A stretch of 64,000 bases of DNA from Candidatus Omnitrophota bacterium (GTDB lineage Bacteria; Omnitrophota; Gorgyraeia; Gorgyraeales; Gorgyraeaceae): the NCBI GenBank assembly GCA_030649895.1, contig JAUSEX010000026.1, positions 16,823 through 80,822 on the forward strand, written 5' to 3'. The notes under the pieces were generated by a model. It worked only from the letters and a program-made list of their open reading frames with translations, did no database searches and had not been told where the DNA came from. A program made the position numbers and the translations under genes. Below are positions 9,447 through 18,999 of this stretch, one piece after another (position 1 is the first letter of the stretch; each line of letters starts with the position of its first letter).

Positions 9447-10775
9447 CTATCCCAGCGCTTCCATGCCCCTGCGGCAAATCTCCTTTGCGTAATCTGTCCA
9501 TGCGCCTGTGCCCCAGTATCGGAAGCAGCTGGTCTGGGATAATAATAGATAAAGAAGCGCCTTTCTGTAGGGAACAGTTTGAAGCCGCCCTCTAACTATT
9601 TCATTGTCAAATTTTTTATGAAATGCCGCGCTAAGCCGGGTTATAGGATCCATTATATCTTTATATCCGCTCACCCAATCTTTATCATTTGTCCAGGACG
9701 CCTTTTCCAGGCTAAAGCCAGGATATTTTTGTTTTGCTTTCTCAATAGCCATGTCAGCTGCGCCAGGAGAATATCCTTTTATGAATTCCCAGATCCTAGC
9801 CTGAGAAATCGGTTGCACCGGCATAAAAGAATTTTCTTTAAGGCCTGAGTTTTTTACAAATTCAAGATATTCTGTAGCGTTCATGCTGACTACGCCTTCC
9901 CTGCCTATTTCCTGAAAAACTATTTTATACATATTCGGAAACTCGTTCATCATGACTCCGCCGTTTTCCCCATCCCCTATCTGTGCCACAAAAGGCGGCA
10001 GATCTACCCCGCAATATTTTTCATTGCCAAGGCCTTTAGCTTCATAATACGGCTGCATCTGCCCGATCAGCTTATTGTCAGAACCCTGGGTTTTTATAAC
10101 GGCTATAATTTCAATCTTTTCCCCTAGAGAATTTTTAGCGACTAATTTGTGCGGAAAATGCGGCCTTCTTACAGGCGTGCCGTCGAGATTCTCTATTGTA
10201 TGCTCCTGGACCATGAGCCATTTATATCCACACTCTTTCAGGGCCTTTATATATTCAAAACACACATCGGGATGTATGGGAAGGTGCATCTCAGGCGCAG
10301 AAAAACCCTTCACCCTCTCAAGCGCTTTCTGACCGAATATTGAGGCAAAATGCTCTCGCCATTCTTGTATATGAAGCCTGATATCCGGGACAGGCGTAGA
10401 GCTGACAACGGCGTGCGACCACATTGTCCCGAGCCATTCAACATAGTTATAATATTTTTTGTCACAGGTCACAAGTTTCAAATTTTCCAGGACCTTTTCT
10501 TCGCCCATGTCTTTAAGGCCCCAGAGAAGGTTTCCCGAATAATCCAGCATAATCCTTGGATCTTTACCTTGACTGGAAAGTTCTCTTATAAAATCAGATA
10601 TCCTGGTATAGCAATTCAAAAATACAGGCGCATTGTGATTATCCCCTGTATTCTGATGCTCCATCATATACTGCAGATTGGAAATTAGCTTTGCCGTCCT
10701 GAGATCCTCGCCGCCTGCAGGAATAATAGGCTGATGCATATGAAGCGCTACGCCAAAACATGATTGTATCTTCAT
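9447..10775 (-). CDS. GH57-family protein, divergent subfamily
   Basis: LHMHQP, GFSAPEMHLP, IGDGENGG, QTSCFRYWG. Confidence 0.85.
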   Translation of the reverse strand: MKIQSCFGVALHMHQPIIPAGGEDLRTAKLISNLQYMMEHQNTGDNHNAPVFLNCYTRISDFIRELSSQGKDPRIMLDYSGNLLWGLKDMGEEKVLENLKLVTCDKKYYNYVEWLGTMWSHAVVSSTPVPDIRLHIQEWREHFASIFGQKALERVKGFSAPEMHLPIHPDVCFEYIKALKECGYKWLMVQEHTIENLDGTPVRRPHFPHKLVAKNSLGEKIEIIAVIKTQGSDNKLIGQMQPYYEAKGLGNEKYCGVDLPPFVAQIGDGENGGVMMNEFPNMYKIVFQEIGREGVVSMNATEYLEFVKNSGLKENSFMPVQPISQARIWEFIKGYSPGAADMAIEKAKQKYPGFSLEKASWTNDKDWVSGYKDIMDPITRLSAAFHKKFDNEIVRGRLQTVPYRKALLYLLLSQTSCFRYWGTGAWTDYAKEICRRGMEALG

Positions 10776-12397
10776 GCCACGCCTTCCTTTATTTTTGCCT
10801 GGATATAGTATTCAGCGCAATCCATGTCAGAAAAAATGTTATCTCTCGATTCGACTTCCCGAAGCCATTCTCCTTCAATAGATCCGGCAAGCATGCCATT
10901 ATAAATATGCGTGAATCTGTTTATATGAAGCTTCACCCTTTTATCGGCATACTCTACCATGGTGCCTGTTTTCATTATAAACGGCCAATCGCTTGCCTGC
11001 GCCAAAAGAAGCTCTCTAGCTGCCTGATTCAGCGCCCGCCTCGCAAGCTCGTTTTTGCCATTATTCATGCAATTAGAAAATTTTCCGGCCAGCTCTTTCA
11101 TCCTCTCGCCTGCGACATGCAAATGCCTGTATATCCAATCATTGCTGCCTTCCAGCCAGACTTCGTTATAACCTTTATAACCCCACGTAGATGTTGACGG
11201 AACAGACATTTGATTTACCGAATATTCCCTCAGGTAATCTGAAGGCGTAGCAAGTTTTACTGTCTTCTGATCATATGCGATTTTACGAATCAGAAAATCT
11301 ATCCACATCGGGCCTTCGAACCACCAGTGGCCGAATAACTCCGCGTCATAAGGAGAAATAATCATGGGCTTTCTGTCCATATGATACGCGACATGCTCTA
11401 TCTGTTTTTCCCGGTTAAACATAAAATTCCCTGCGTGCATAGCTGCCTTTTCCTTTGCCCATTCAGGGACATATGGCTCTTTATGATCGGTATTTCCTGT
11501 AATCCTCCAGTATTTAAGGCCCGTATTTATTCTGAATCCTATCGGATGAATGTAGGGTTTTATATAGTCGTATTCCAATTCATATCCTATATCCCTGTAG
11601 TATTCCCTGTAATCGGAGTCTCCCGGATAACCTTCTTTTGAGCTCCACACCTGTTTGGAAGATTCCCAATCTCTTCCAAATGCTGCAACGCCTGAAGGAC
11701 AGTACAGAGGCGCGTATACGCTATATCTCGGTTCTGGATCCGCATTTACAATACCATGCGAATCTACAAAGAAATATTTAATGCCTGCTTCTGCCAAAAA
11801 ATTATCAACGCCAGGAGTATATCCGCATTCAGGCAGCCAGAACCCTACGGGGTCTCTGCCAAATGTTTTTCTGTAATGATCCACTCCAATCTTTACCTGA
11901 GCCTCTGCGTCTGTAGGATTTACGCTTAATATAGGCAAAAATCCATGAGTAGCGCACGAAGCCAGGATCTCTACGAAACCAAGATCCTGGAATTTCTTAA
12001 ACGCAGCCACCAGATCTTTTTTATATTTACCTACAAATACCTCTTTCGCCTCTACAAATTTCCTGTAATACATCAGAGCGAGGCCGTGATATTTAGGGTC
12101 GAAACCCGTGCGCTGGACTTCCTTGTCTGCGAGTTCGATTAATTTATCAATATGCCTTATATATCTATTCTGGAGAAGCTCATCCCGGAGCATTGACGCC
12201 AATGTGGGCGTCAGGGACATTGTTATGCGGAAATCCACATGGTCTTCTACTAATTTTTCAAAAACCTGAATCAGCGGTATATAAGTTTCTGTAATGGCTT
12301 CATAGAGCCAGTTCTCCTCGAGAAAATCTTCCTCTTCAGGATGCCTGACAAATGGCAGGTGCGCGTGCAATACTAAACAAAGATAACCTTTATGCAT
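10772..12397 (-). CDS. GH57 1,4-alpha-glucan branching enzyme (DUF1957 domain)
   Basis: LHAHLPFV, GFWLPECGY, PYDAELFGHWWFEG, QASDWPF. Confidence 0.93.
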   Translation of the reverse strand: MHKGYLCLVLHAHLPFVRHPEEEDFLEENWLYEAITETYIPLIQVFEKLVEDHVDFRITMSLTPTLASMLRDELLQNRYIRHIDKLIELADKEVQRTGFDPKYHGLALMYYRKFVEAKEVFVGKYKKDLVAAFKKFQDLGFVEILASCATHGFLPILSVNPTDAEAQVKIGVDHYRKTFGRDPVGFWLPECGYTPGVDNFLAEAGIKYFFVDSHGIVNADPEPRYSVYAPLYCPSGVAAFGRDWESSKQVWSSKEGYPGDSDYREYYRDIGYELEYDYIKPYIHPIGFRINTGLKYWRITGNTDHKEPYVPEWAKEKAAMHAGNFMFNREKQIEHVAYHMDRKPMIISPYDAELFGHWWFEGPMWIDFLIRKIAYDQKTVKLATPSDYLREYSVNQMSVPSTSTWGYKGYNEVWLEGSNDWIYRHLHVAGERMKELAGKFSNCMNNGKNELARRALNQAARELLLAQASDWPFIMKTGTMVEYADKRVKLHINRFTHIYNGMLAGSIEGEWLREVESRDNIFSDMDCAEYYIQAKIKEGVA

Positions 12398-12405
12398 AGC
12401 TATAT

Positions 12406-12486
12406 AATAGGGACGGTTCTATAAGTAAAGCTAGATATGTCCCTTTAGGGGACATATCTCCGATTGGCTCTAGAACCGTCCCTATT
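12406..12486. repeat. Nested inverted-repeat element (AATAGGGAC family with an inner hairpin)
   Basis: Outer 16-bp perfect arms at 12406-12421 and 12471-12486; inner AGATATGTCCC/GGGACATATCT at 12433-12459. Confidence 0.85.
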
Positions 12487-13723
12487 CTGTTTTTCTTTCT
12501 ACAGTTGTAGAAATTTTTCTTGTCTCTACTTTATCGTGCGAAGTTGCGGTAAAAGGCAATGGGATTTTCGCGTCCGGAAGCGCAAACCTCATGCTGAAAG
12601 TCCCGTCCGGTTTAAGGTCTATTTTTTTATCTCCCAGTTTTACCTCCGCGTCAGGCTCTGTGCGGCCATACACTATAAGCTCTGCGCCTATCTCAAAAAA
12701 GAATTTGCGTTTCTTATCCGGCTGGACAAATTCACTCGCGCCTCCCTGCAAGTTCTCGCTCCCCCCAAGATATGCAAATTCAGATGCCCCGATCATAATC
12801 TTTCTGCCAAATTTCACGTTGTGCAGCCTTTTGAAATAAAGCAGGTCGTGCCATTCTTTTCCTGACATATTGGAATATAAATACCTATATAGCTTCTTTC
12901 TTGAAATCCTGGAAAACATCGCATCTCTTAATAAAGGAGAAAGCCTTGAATAATAAGCCCTCAGGTCCGCCTCGGTAAGATATATCTTTCTTCGTTTAGA
13001 TACAGCCGAGTAACTGAACCTGCCTGCTGCGTCATATTGAACCCCTCGGCTTCGCTCAAAGCAGGCAGCTCCTTCGGTCTTCATAGGCGTAGCCTGTTCG
13101 CTACCTGCCTCCTGAGTCAGGTCCATCCATATCTCTTCAAATCTGCTAGATGTGCCAGATCTAGGGGTATGTACGAAATTAGACCTGGCCATAGGAAAAA
13201 ATCTTCCGGAGTGATGAACTATACCTATCTCTCCCAGATACGAGGCATTATCATTCCACAGACTTATATACCAGTTATTAGAATAGCGGCCCACCTCTAT
13301 GTCAAACCAATGGTTAGCGTTAAACCCGTTAAAATCTTTATATGTGACGTCATACATGCGGACAACAAACCTTGCGCCGTCCAGATTCCCGCCTAATTTG
13401 CGTTTAACGTCCTCTATCGAACTCTCCGCTATTTCCCAGTAAGCGTATATCCAGAAAGGGTCTTTTGCTATTAAAGTAATTCTTGTTGTAGTGTTATACG
13501 AAGGAAGTTCATATTCATTTATTGCCGCAGGCCTAAACGCGCCTTTACGTTCTTGTATTACGCAGGAAGGTTCCTGAACAGTAGCTGCTGGCCTTAAAAC
13601 AACCGGTTGCTTATATTTTATCCTTCTCTTAACAGTCCTGACAGTAGCCTCTCTGCCGTCTCTGTAAACACGCTCTATGGGTTTTCTTTTCTTAAGTTTT
13701 ATTTTTTTACCTGGCATATACAT
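12482..13723 (-). CDS. DUF4912 domain protein
   Basis: LP..Y..TRITLIAKDPFWIYAYWEI..WY..ARSNFVHTP; C-terminal FFFEIGAELIVYGRTEPDA..PDGTFSMRFALPD. Confidence 0.85.
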   Translation of the reverse strand: MYMPGKKIKLKKRKPIERVYRDGREATVRTVKRRIKYKQPVVLRPAATVQEPSCVIQERKGAFRPAAINEYELPSYNTTTRITLIAKDPFWIYAYWEIAESSIEDVKRKLGGNLDGARFVVRMYDVTYKDFNGFNANHWFDIEVGRYSNNWYISLWNDNASYLGEIGIVHHSGRFFPMARSNFVHTPRSGTSSRFEEIWMDLTQEAGSEQATPMKTEGAACFERSRGVQYDAAGRFSYSAVSKRRKIYLTEADLRAYYSRLSPLLRDAMFSRISRKKLYRYLYSNMSGKEWHDLLYFKRLHNVKFGRKIMIGASEFAYLGGSENLQGGASEFVQPDKKRKFFFEIGAELIVYGRTEPDAEVKLGDKKIDLKPDGTFSMRFALPDAKIPLPFTATSHDKVETRKISTTVERKTE

Positions 13724-14867
13724 CCATAACCTGGTCAGCTACAATATCCCAGGAAAAAGCGGTCTCAACTGCAATTCTTCCGTTAGCCCCCATCCATCTT
13801 GCGTGGTCAAAATCTGAAAATACCGTGCCTATGCCCCATGCTATTGACTCGGGATTTGCGTATACCTTTAGACCTGTGATATCATGCCATATTATTTCCC
13901 CTGGCCCGCCGTTTGAGGTGGCGACTACAGGTTTTCCTGCGCTCCACGCCTCCAGCAAAACTATGCCGAACGGCTCGTTTCTTGAAGGCATGCACACAAC
14001 ATCCGCAGCTTTATAAATATCAGAGAGCTTCCAGCCATTGCTAAAGCCTATAAACCTTGTAGCGTGATGAACGCCTATCTCTTTTGCCCTGTCTTCCACG
14101 CACCAGCGCATTTCTCCGTCGCCTACAAAAACAAATTTTGCATTATTGTGGTATCTAAGTATGTGAGGCATGGCTTCTATCAAAAGATCCGGGCCTTTTT
14201 GATAAACCATCCTGCCGACAAAAAGCACCATCGGATCTAACGGCCCAATACCATAATAATTCCTGACAGCCGCAGAGTCTATCCACCCGTCAAAATTCTT
14301 GCAATTGACGCCATTATACACTACGTCCACTTTCCAATCAGAGGTATTATACATCCATTGTATTTCTCCCTTGAGAGCCCTAGACACAGCTATCACATGA
14401 TCAGCGCAGTATGTGCCATGCCTTTCATGATCGCGAATCCTAGCAGAATTTCCGTCATTAAAATTATTACCGCACCTGCCGTATTCAGTCGAATGGATTG
14501 TCAGTACAGCTTTGGAGGGACGCACATGCTTTATCCAGACCATTGCGTTTGACGTAAGCCAATCGTGGCTGTGTATCACGTCAAACGGACCCGTAACGCC
14601 CTCTGTACGAAAAAACGTATCCACAAAAGAGCGGCACATGTTATTTATCTCTTCTACGAAATCAGGATTCTTATCAAAGGGGCATCTGTGGTAATGCACT
14701 CCTTGAATGCACTCATACCATGGCTGGTTAGCGCTTCCCATCCGCGTAAAAACATGGACTTCATTACCTTTGCGCTCAAGGGCTGCTGCGAGCTCTGTAA
14801 CGTGCACGCCCACCCCGCCCACGCAAATAGAATGCATAGATTCCCAGGAAAATATCGCTATTCTCAT
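13707..14867 (-). CDS. GT4 glycosyltransferase
   Basis: GGVGVHV, HSHDW, FVGRMVYQKG, PSRNEPFGIVLLEAW. Confidence 0.92.
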   Translation of the reverse strand: MRIAIFSWESMHSICVGGVGVHVTELAAALERKGNEVHVFTRMGSANQPWYECIQGVHYHRCPFDKNPDFVEEINNMCRSFVDTFFRTEGVTGPFDVIHSHDWLTSNAMVWIKHVRPSKAVLTIHSTEYGRCGNNFNDGNSARIRDHERHGTYCADHVIAVSRALKGEIQWMYNTSDWKVDVVYNGVNCKNFDGWIDSAAVRNYYGIGPLDPMVLFVGRMVYQKGPDLLIEAMPHILRYHNNAKFVFVGDGEMRWCVEDRAKEIGVHHATRFIGFSNGWKLSDIYKAADVVCMPSRNEPFGIVLLEAWSAGKPVVATSNGGPGEIIWHDITGLKVYANPESIAWGIGTVFSDFDHARWMGANGRIAVETAFSWDIVADQVMDVYAR

Positions 14868-14872
14868 AAATT

Positions 14873-15005
14873 ATTTCCGCGTCAGTTTCGCAATTGCTCC
14901 TCGACTCGCTTCGCTCATTGCCTCCTCCTGTCGCTCACTCGAAGAATACTGTTCGAGCGAAACCACGAAATGGCTGAATCGAGAATTTTCGCGTTATTCC
15001 GCGAT
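14873..15005. repeat. Composite REP-like region (CTCGACTCGCTTCGCTC / GTTCGAGCG..TCGAGAA family flanked by TTCCGCG motifs)
   Basis: Shares GTTCGAGCG..TCGAGAA with copies at 18964, 35823, 33792 and 54816. Confidence 0.65.
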
Positions 15006-15281
15006 TTAAAGTTCTATCACTGAGTTTTCCGAGCCGAAAGTATTTACCACGAAAAGATTGTTTAAGGGGTCTCTCTGCCACTGGCCATCAACTAAATATT
15101 TATACTCGTAACGGCCGGATTTTAGGGTTAAGTCTCTTTTCCAGACTCCATCTTTAGACTTTTTGAGGCTGGCGTTTGATGCGTCCCATGAATTAAAATC
15201 GCCCGCAAGGCGAACATCCTTTGCGTTTGGAGCGCTTATCTTAAAAGCCACCTTTTTTGTTAAATTTTTCTTAACAGCCAT
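15006..15281 (-). CDS. Stand-alone CBM48 / isoamylase early-set (AMPK-beta-like) glycogen-binding protein
   Basis: APNAKDVRLAGDFNSW..GVWK..GRYEYKYLVDGQW..DP.N..FGSENSVI; GGAGGGGG RBS before ATG 15281. Confidence 0.9.
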   Translation of the reverse strand: MAVKKNLTKKVAFKISAPNAKDVRLAGDFNSWDASNASLKKSKDGVWKRDLTLKSGRYEYKYLVDGQWQRDPLNNLFVVNTFGSENSVIEL

Positions 15282-15337
15282 TTCCCCCTCCTTTTTTTGG
15301 CACCACGCACCATTCTGCATTAATTATGTGAGATCAA

Positions 15338-15382
15338 ATGATACCAGATAGGCCTGCTTTTGTAAATAGGCACAAATACCTA
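15338..15382 (-). promoter_or_regulatory. Predicted sigma70 promoter with an abutting inverted-repeat operator
   Basis: TTTACA(15366-15361)-N17-TATCAT(15343-15338) with TG extension; TAGGCA-CAAA-TACCTA at 15367-15382. Confidence 0.55.
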
Positions 15383-15408
15383 CTTTAAGTAGCTTTTCTG
15401 CTTATACA

Positions 15409-16059
15409 CTATATAGTGGTTATGCCTTCTTTGAGTGCGTACCTGATGAGGTCTGCGTGGCGATGAATGCCCAATTTCTGCATTATATTGTTTCTATGCG
15501 CTAAAGCGGTTTTTAAAGAAATCTTAAGGTGGGCAGCAACTTCTTTATTTGTATAGCCCTCAGCAACGAGCTGGAGGACCTCTCTTTCCCTGTCAGTAAG
15601 GCTGACTATCTTTTTTCCCTTTATCTTTTGGCCTCTTGAATCAATATAATCCTGTATCACAAAAGTGGATATCCTCTGGCTGAGAAAATATTCATCTTCA
15701 TAAACTACGCGTATAGCCTGGATGATTTCATCAGCCGCGGAATCTTTTAAAACATACCCTCTGATACCTAAACTCAACGCCCTTTCTATAAACGCCCTGT
15801 TGTCATGCATGCTCAATATAATAATTTTATTTTTTGGATTAATCTGCATTATCTGGCTTGAGGCCTCTAAGCCATTCAATATCGGCATTGTTATGTCAAT
15901 TATAAATATATCTGCGGAACTTTTTTTTGCTATATCCACGGCCTCTTTGCCGTTCGATGCCTCTGCGACAACCTTCATATCCTGTTCCTGGAATATCACG
16001 GCGCTCAAACCCTGCCTTACTATCGCATGATCATCTGCCAGAACTATCTCTATAGCCAT
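15409..16059 (-). CDS. NarL/FixJ-family response regulator (REC plus LuxR HTH)
   Basis: LADDHAIVRQG, IDITMP..NG, LTDREREVLQLVAEGYTNKEVA. Confidence 0.95.
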   Translation of the reverse strand: MAIEIVLADDHAIVRQGLSAVIFQEQDMKVVAEASNGKEAVDIAKKSSADIFIIDITMPILNGLEASSQIMQINPKNKIIILSMHDNRAFIERALSLGIRGYVLKDSAADEIIQAIRVVYEDEYFLSQRISTFVIQDYIDSRGQKIKGKKIVSLTDREREVLQLVAEGYTNKEVAAHLKISLKTALAHRNNIMQKLGIHRHADLIRYALKEGITTI

Positions 16060-16074
16060 AATTTTTTCTCTATC

Positions 16075-16097
16075 GCCTCCGTTCGCAGAACGAAGGC
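16075..16097. repeat. Short hairpin GCCTCCGTTC-GCA-GAACGAAGGC
   Basis: 10-bp arms with one mismatch, between kinase and regulator genes. Confidence 0.5.
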
Positions 16098-16103
16098 AGT
16101 AAC

Positions 16104-16781
16104 TTACATTTCTTCGATTATCGGGAAAGTCACATTTATCTTCGTTCCGTTTTTAGGCTTAGACTCCAGTAAAAATTTACCGTTCAATAAATCCACCCGC
16201 TCCCTCATGCCGCGCAAACCAAGCTTATCTATATTCGCGTCTTTGAAAAATGCCCCTGTGTCGAACCCTATGCCATTGTCCTCTATTGTAAGAATTATTT
16301 CCCCTCCCTTAAGCAATAAATCTATCTTTACATTTTTCGCCTTCGCGTGCTTTACAATATTATTAAACGCCTCCTGAATAACCCTGTAAAGAGTTATTGC
16401 CATATCGTCTTTTATGCTAACGCCGGCCAGGTTTTCTCTAAATTTTATATTTAAAGGGTGCGATTTTGTATAATGGGAAAAAAGTTCTCGCAAAACCGAT
16501 GGCAGGCCCAGCATACCTAACTCTGCAGGCCTCAGGTCTATAAAAAGCGTTCTGAATCTTTCCGCTGTATTAGCCAGGATTGTTTTTGCGTCTTTTATTA
16601 TGCTAAGGGCGCTATCAAAATTGCGCTTCGATATTTCTTTTTCAATTATATTCAATGCTGAGCCAAGAGATACCGAAAACTGGCCTATCTCATCATGAAG
16701 ATCCCGCGATATCCTGTGCCTTTCCTCTTCCTGGATAGCGAGTATCTTCTTCGAAAATTCCCTTGCTGCTATATCTTTCAT
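16104..16781 (-). CDS. HisKA_3 histidine kinase without a sensor domain
   Basis: QEEERHRISRDLHDEIGQ, QEAFNNIVKHA, EDNGIGF, GLRGMRER; only ~15 aa precede the H-box helix. Confidence 0.88.
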   Translation of the reverse strand: MKDIAAREFSKKILAIQEEERHRISRDLHDEIGQFSVSLGSALNIIEKEISKRNFDSALSIIKDAKTILANTAERFRTLFIDLRPAELGMLGLPSVLRELFSHYTKSHPLNIKFRENLAGVSIKDDMAITLYRVIQEAFNNIVKHAKAKNVKIDLLLKGGEIILTIEDNGIGFDTGAFFKDANIDKLGLRGMRERVDLLNGKFLLESKPKNGTKINVTFPIIEEM

Positions 16782-16784
16782 ACA

Positions 16785-16824
16785 ATAAAAAACCGCGCAG
16801 GCTGCCGAAAGCCTCCTGCGCGGC
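16785..16824 (-). terminator. Intrinsic terminator after gap
   Basis: CCGCGCAGG..CCTGCGCGG stem followed by TTTTTTAT on the minus strand. Confidence 0.75.
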
Positions 16825-16836
16825 TGAAGATGGTTA

Positions 16837-17931
<1,095 letters not shown>

Positions 17932-18936
17932 TTACTTTGCCGTGCAAGCTTCTCTCAAGCATTTAGCGGTCAGTTCAGGCGAGGTAGGGTTTATATAAAG
18001 GCCTGAACCCCATTCAAAACCAGCCACATTTGTCAATTTCGGCATTATCTCCAAGTGCCAGTGGAATTCTTCATAAATACCGTCTCTTATGGGCGCTGTG
18101 TGAATTATAAAATTATACGCAGGATCATTGAGCCTCAGCTTAAGCCTCAAAAGAATTTCTCTTAATATGCCCGCCATATCATAAATCGTAGAATCGTCTA
18201 TAAGCTTAAATTCTGGGCTATGCGCCTTAGGCAATATCCATGTCTCAAAAGGAAAGCGGGACACAAAAGGACAAAATGCGATAAAATGTTTATTTTCTAA
18301 AATTATTCTTTCTTTTTCCTGCTGTTCCTGGGATATCATATCGCAAAAAACACATCTCTCCTTGTACTTAAAATAATTCTGAGCGCCCTTAAGTTCTTCC
18401 TTGACCCTTTTCGGGACAATAGGCAGCGCAACAAGCTGGGTATGGGAATGCTCCAGAGACGCGCCCGCAGCTTCTCCGTGATTTTTAAAAAGCAGGATAT
18501 ACCTGAATCTCGTATCGTTTTCCAGGTCCACGCTCCTTGATTTATACTTAGATATCACATTGACTATCTCGTCCTGCGTCAGATCAGCAAGATCCTTATT
18601 GTGGTCTGTGTTTTCAACTATAACTTCATGAGCGCCAATGCCGTTTGACATATCAAACATACCGATAGCGCGATTATCCAGATCTCCCTCTATTTTCAAG
18701 GCGGGAAATTTATTCGATACCACTCTGACTGTCCAGCCAGGCGTGTCAGGCCTTGTTTTAATGTCCCTTACAGCCTCTATTTCCGGCGGAGTCATCTTTT
18801 CGTTCCCCTGGCAAAACGGGCAAGTCCCGCCTTTTTTAGTCTGCGGCTTAATATCAAACTCATCGCATCTCTTTGGATTAGAGACAGCTATCTCTACCCA
18901 TCTTCCCGTTATCGGATCGCGCCTTAATTGAGACAT
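17932..18936 (-). CDS. galT: GalT-like hexose-1-phosphate nucleotidyltransferase (intact HxH)
   Basis: LRRDPITGRWV, CPFC, NKFPAL, GAHEVIVE, GASLEHSHTQ, AGFEWGSG. Confidence 0.92.
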   Translation of the reverse strand: MSQLRRDPITGRWVEIAVSNPKRCDEFDIKPQTKKGGTCPFCQGNEKMTPPEIEAVRDIKTRPDTPGWTVRVVSNKFPALKIEGDLDNRAIGMFDMSNGIGAHEVIVENTDHNKDLADLTQDEIVNVISKYKSRSVDLENDTRFRYILLFKNHGEAAGASLEHSHTQLVALPIVPKRVKEELKGAQNYFKYKERCVFCDMISQEQQEKERIILENKHFIAFCPFVSRFPFETWILPKAHSPEFKLIDDSTIYDMAGILREILLRLKLRLNDPAYNFIIHTAPIRDGIYEEFHWHLEIMPKLTNVAGFEWGSGLYINPTSPELTAKCLREACTAK

Positions 18937-18963
18937 GTGTCCCTTCAATACTAGTTAATATTA

Positions 18964-18999
18964 TTCGAGCGAGGCACCAAAAGTGCCGAGTCGAGAACT
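18964..18999. repeat. REP-like element TTCGAGC..GGCAC..GTGCC GAGTCGAGAACT
   Basis: 32/36 nt identical to 35824-35859. Confidence 0.85.
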
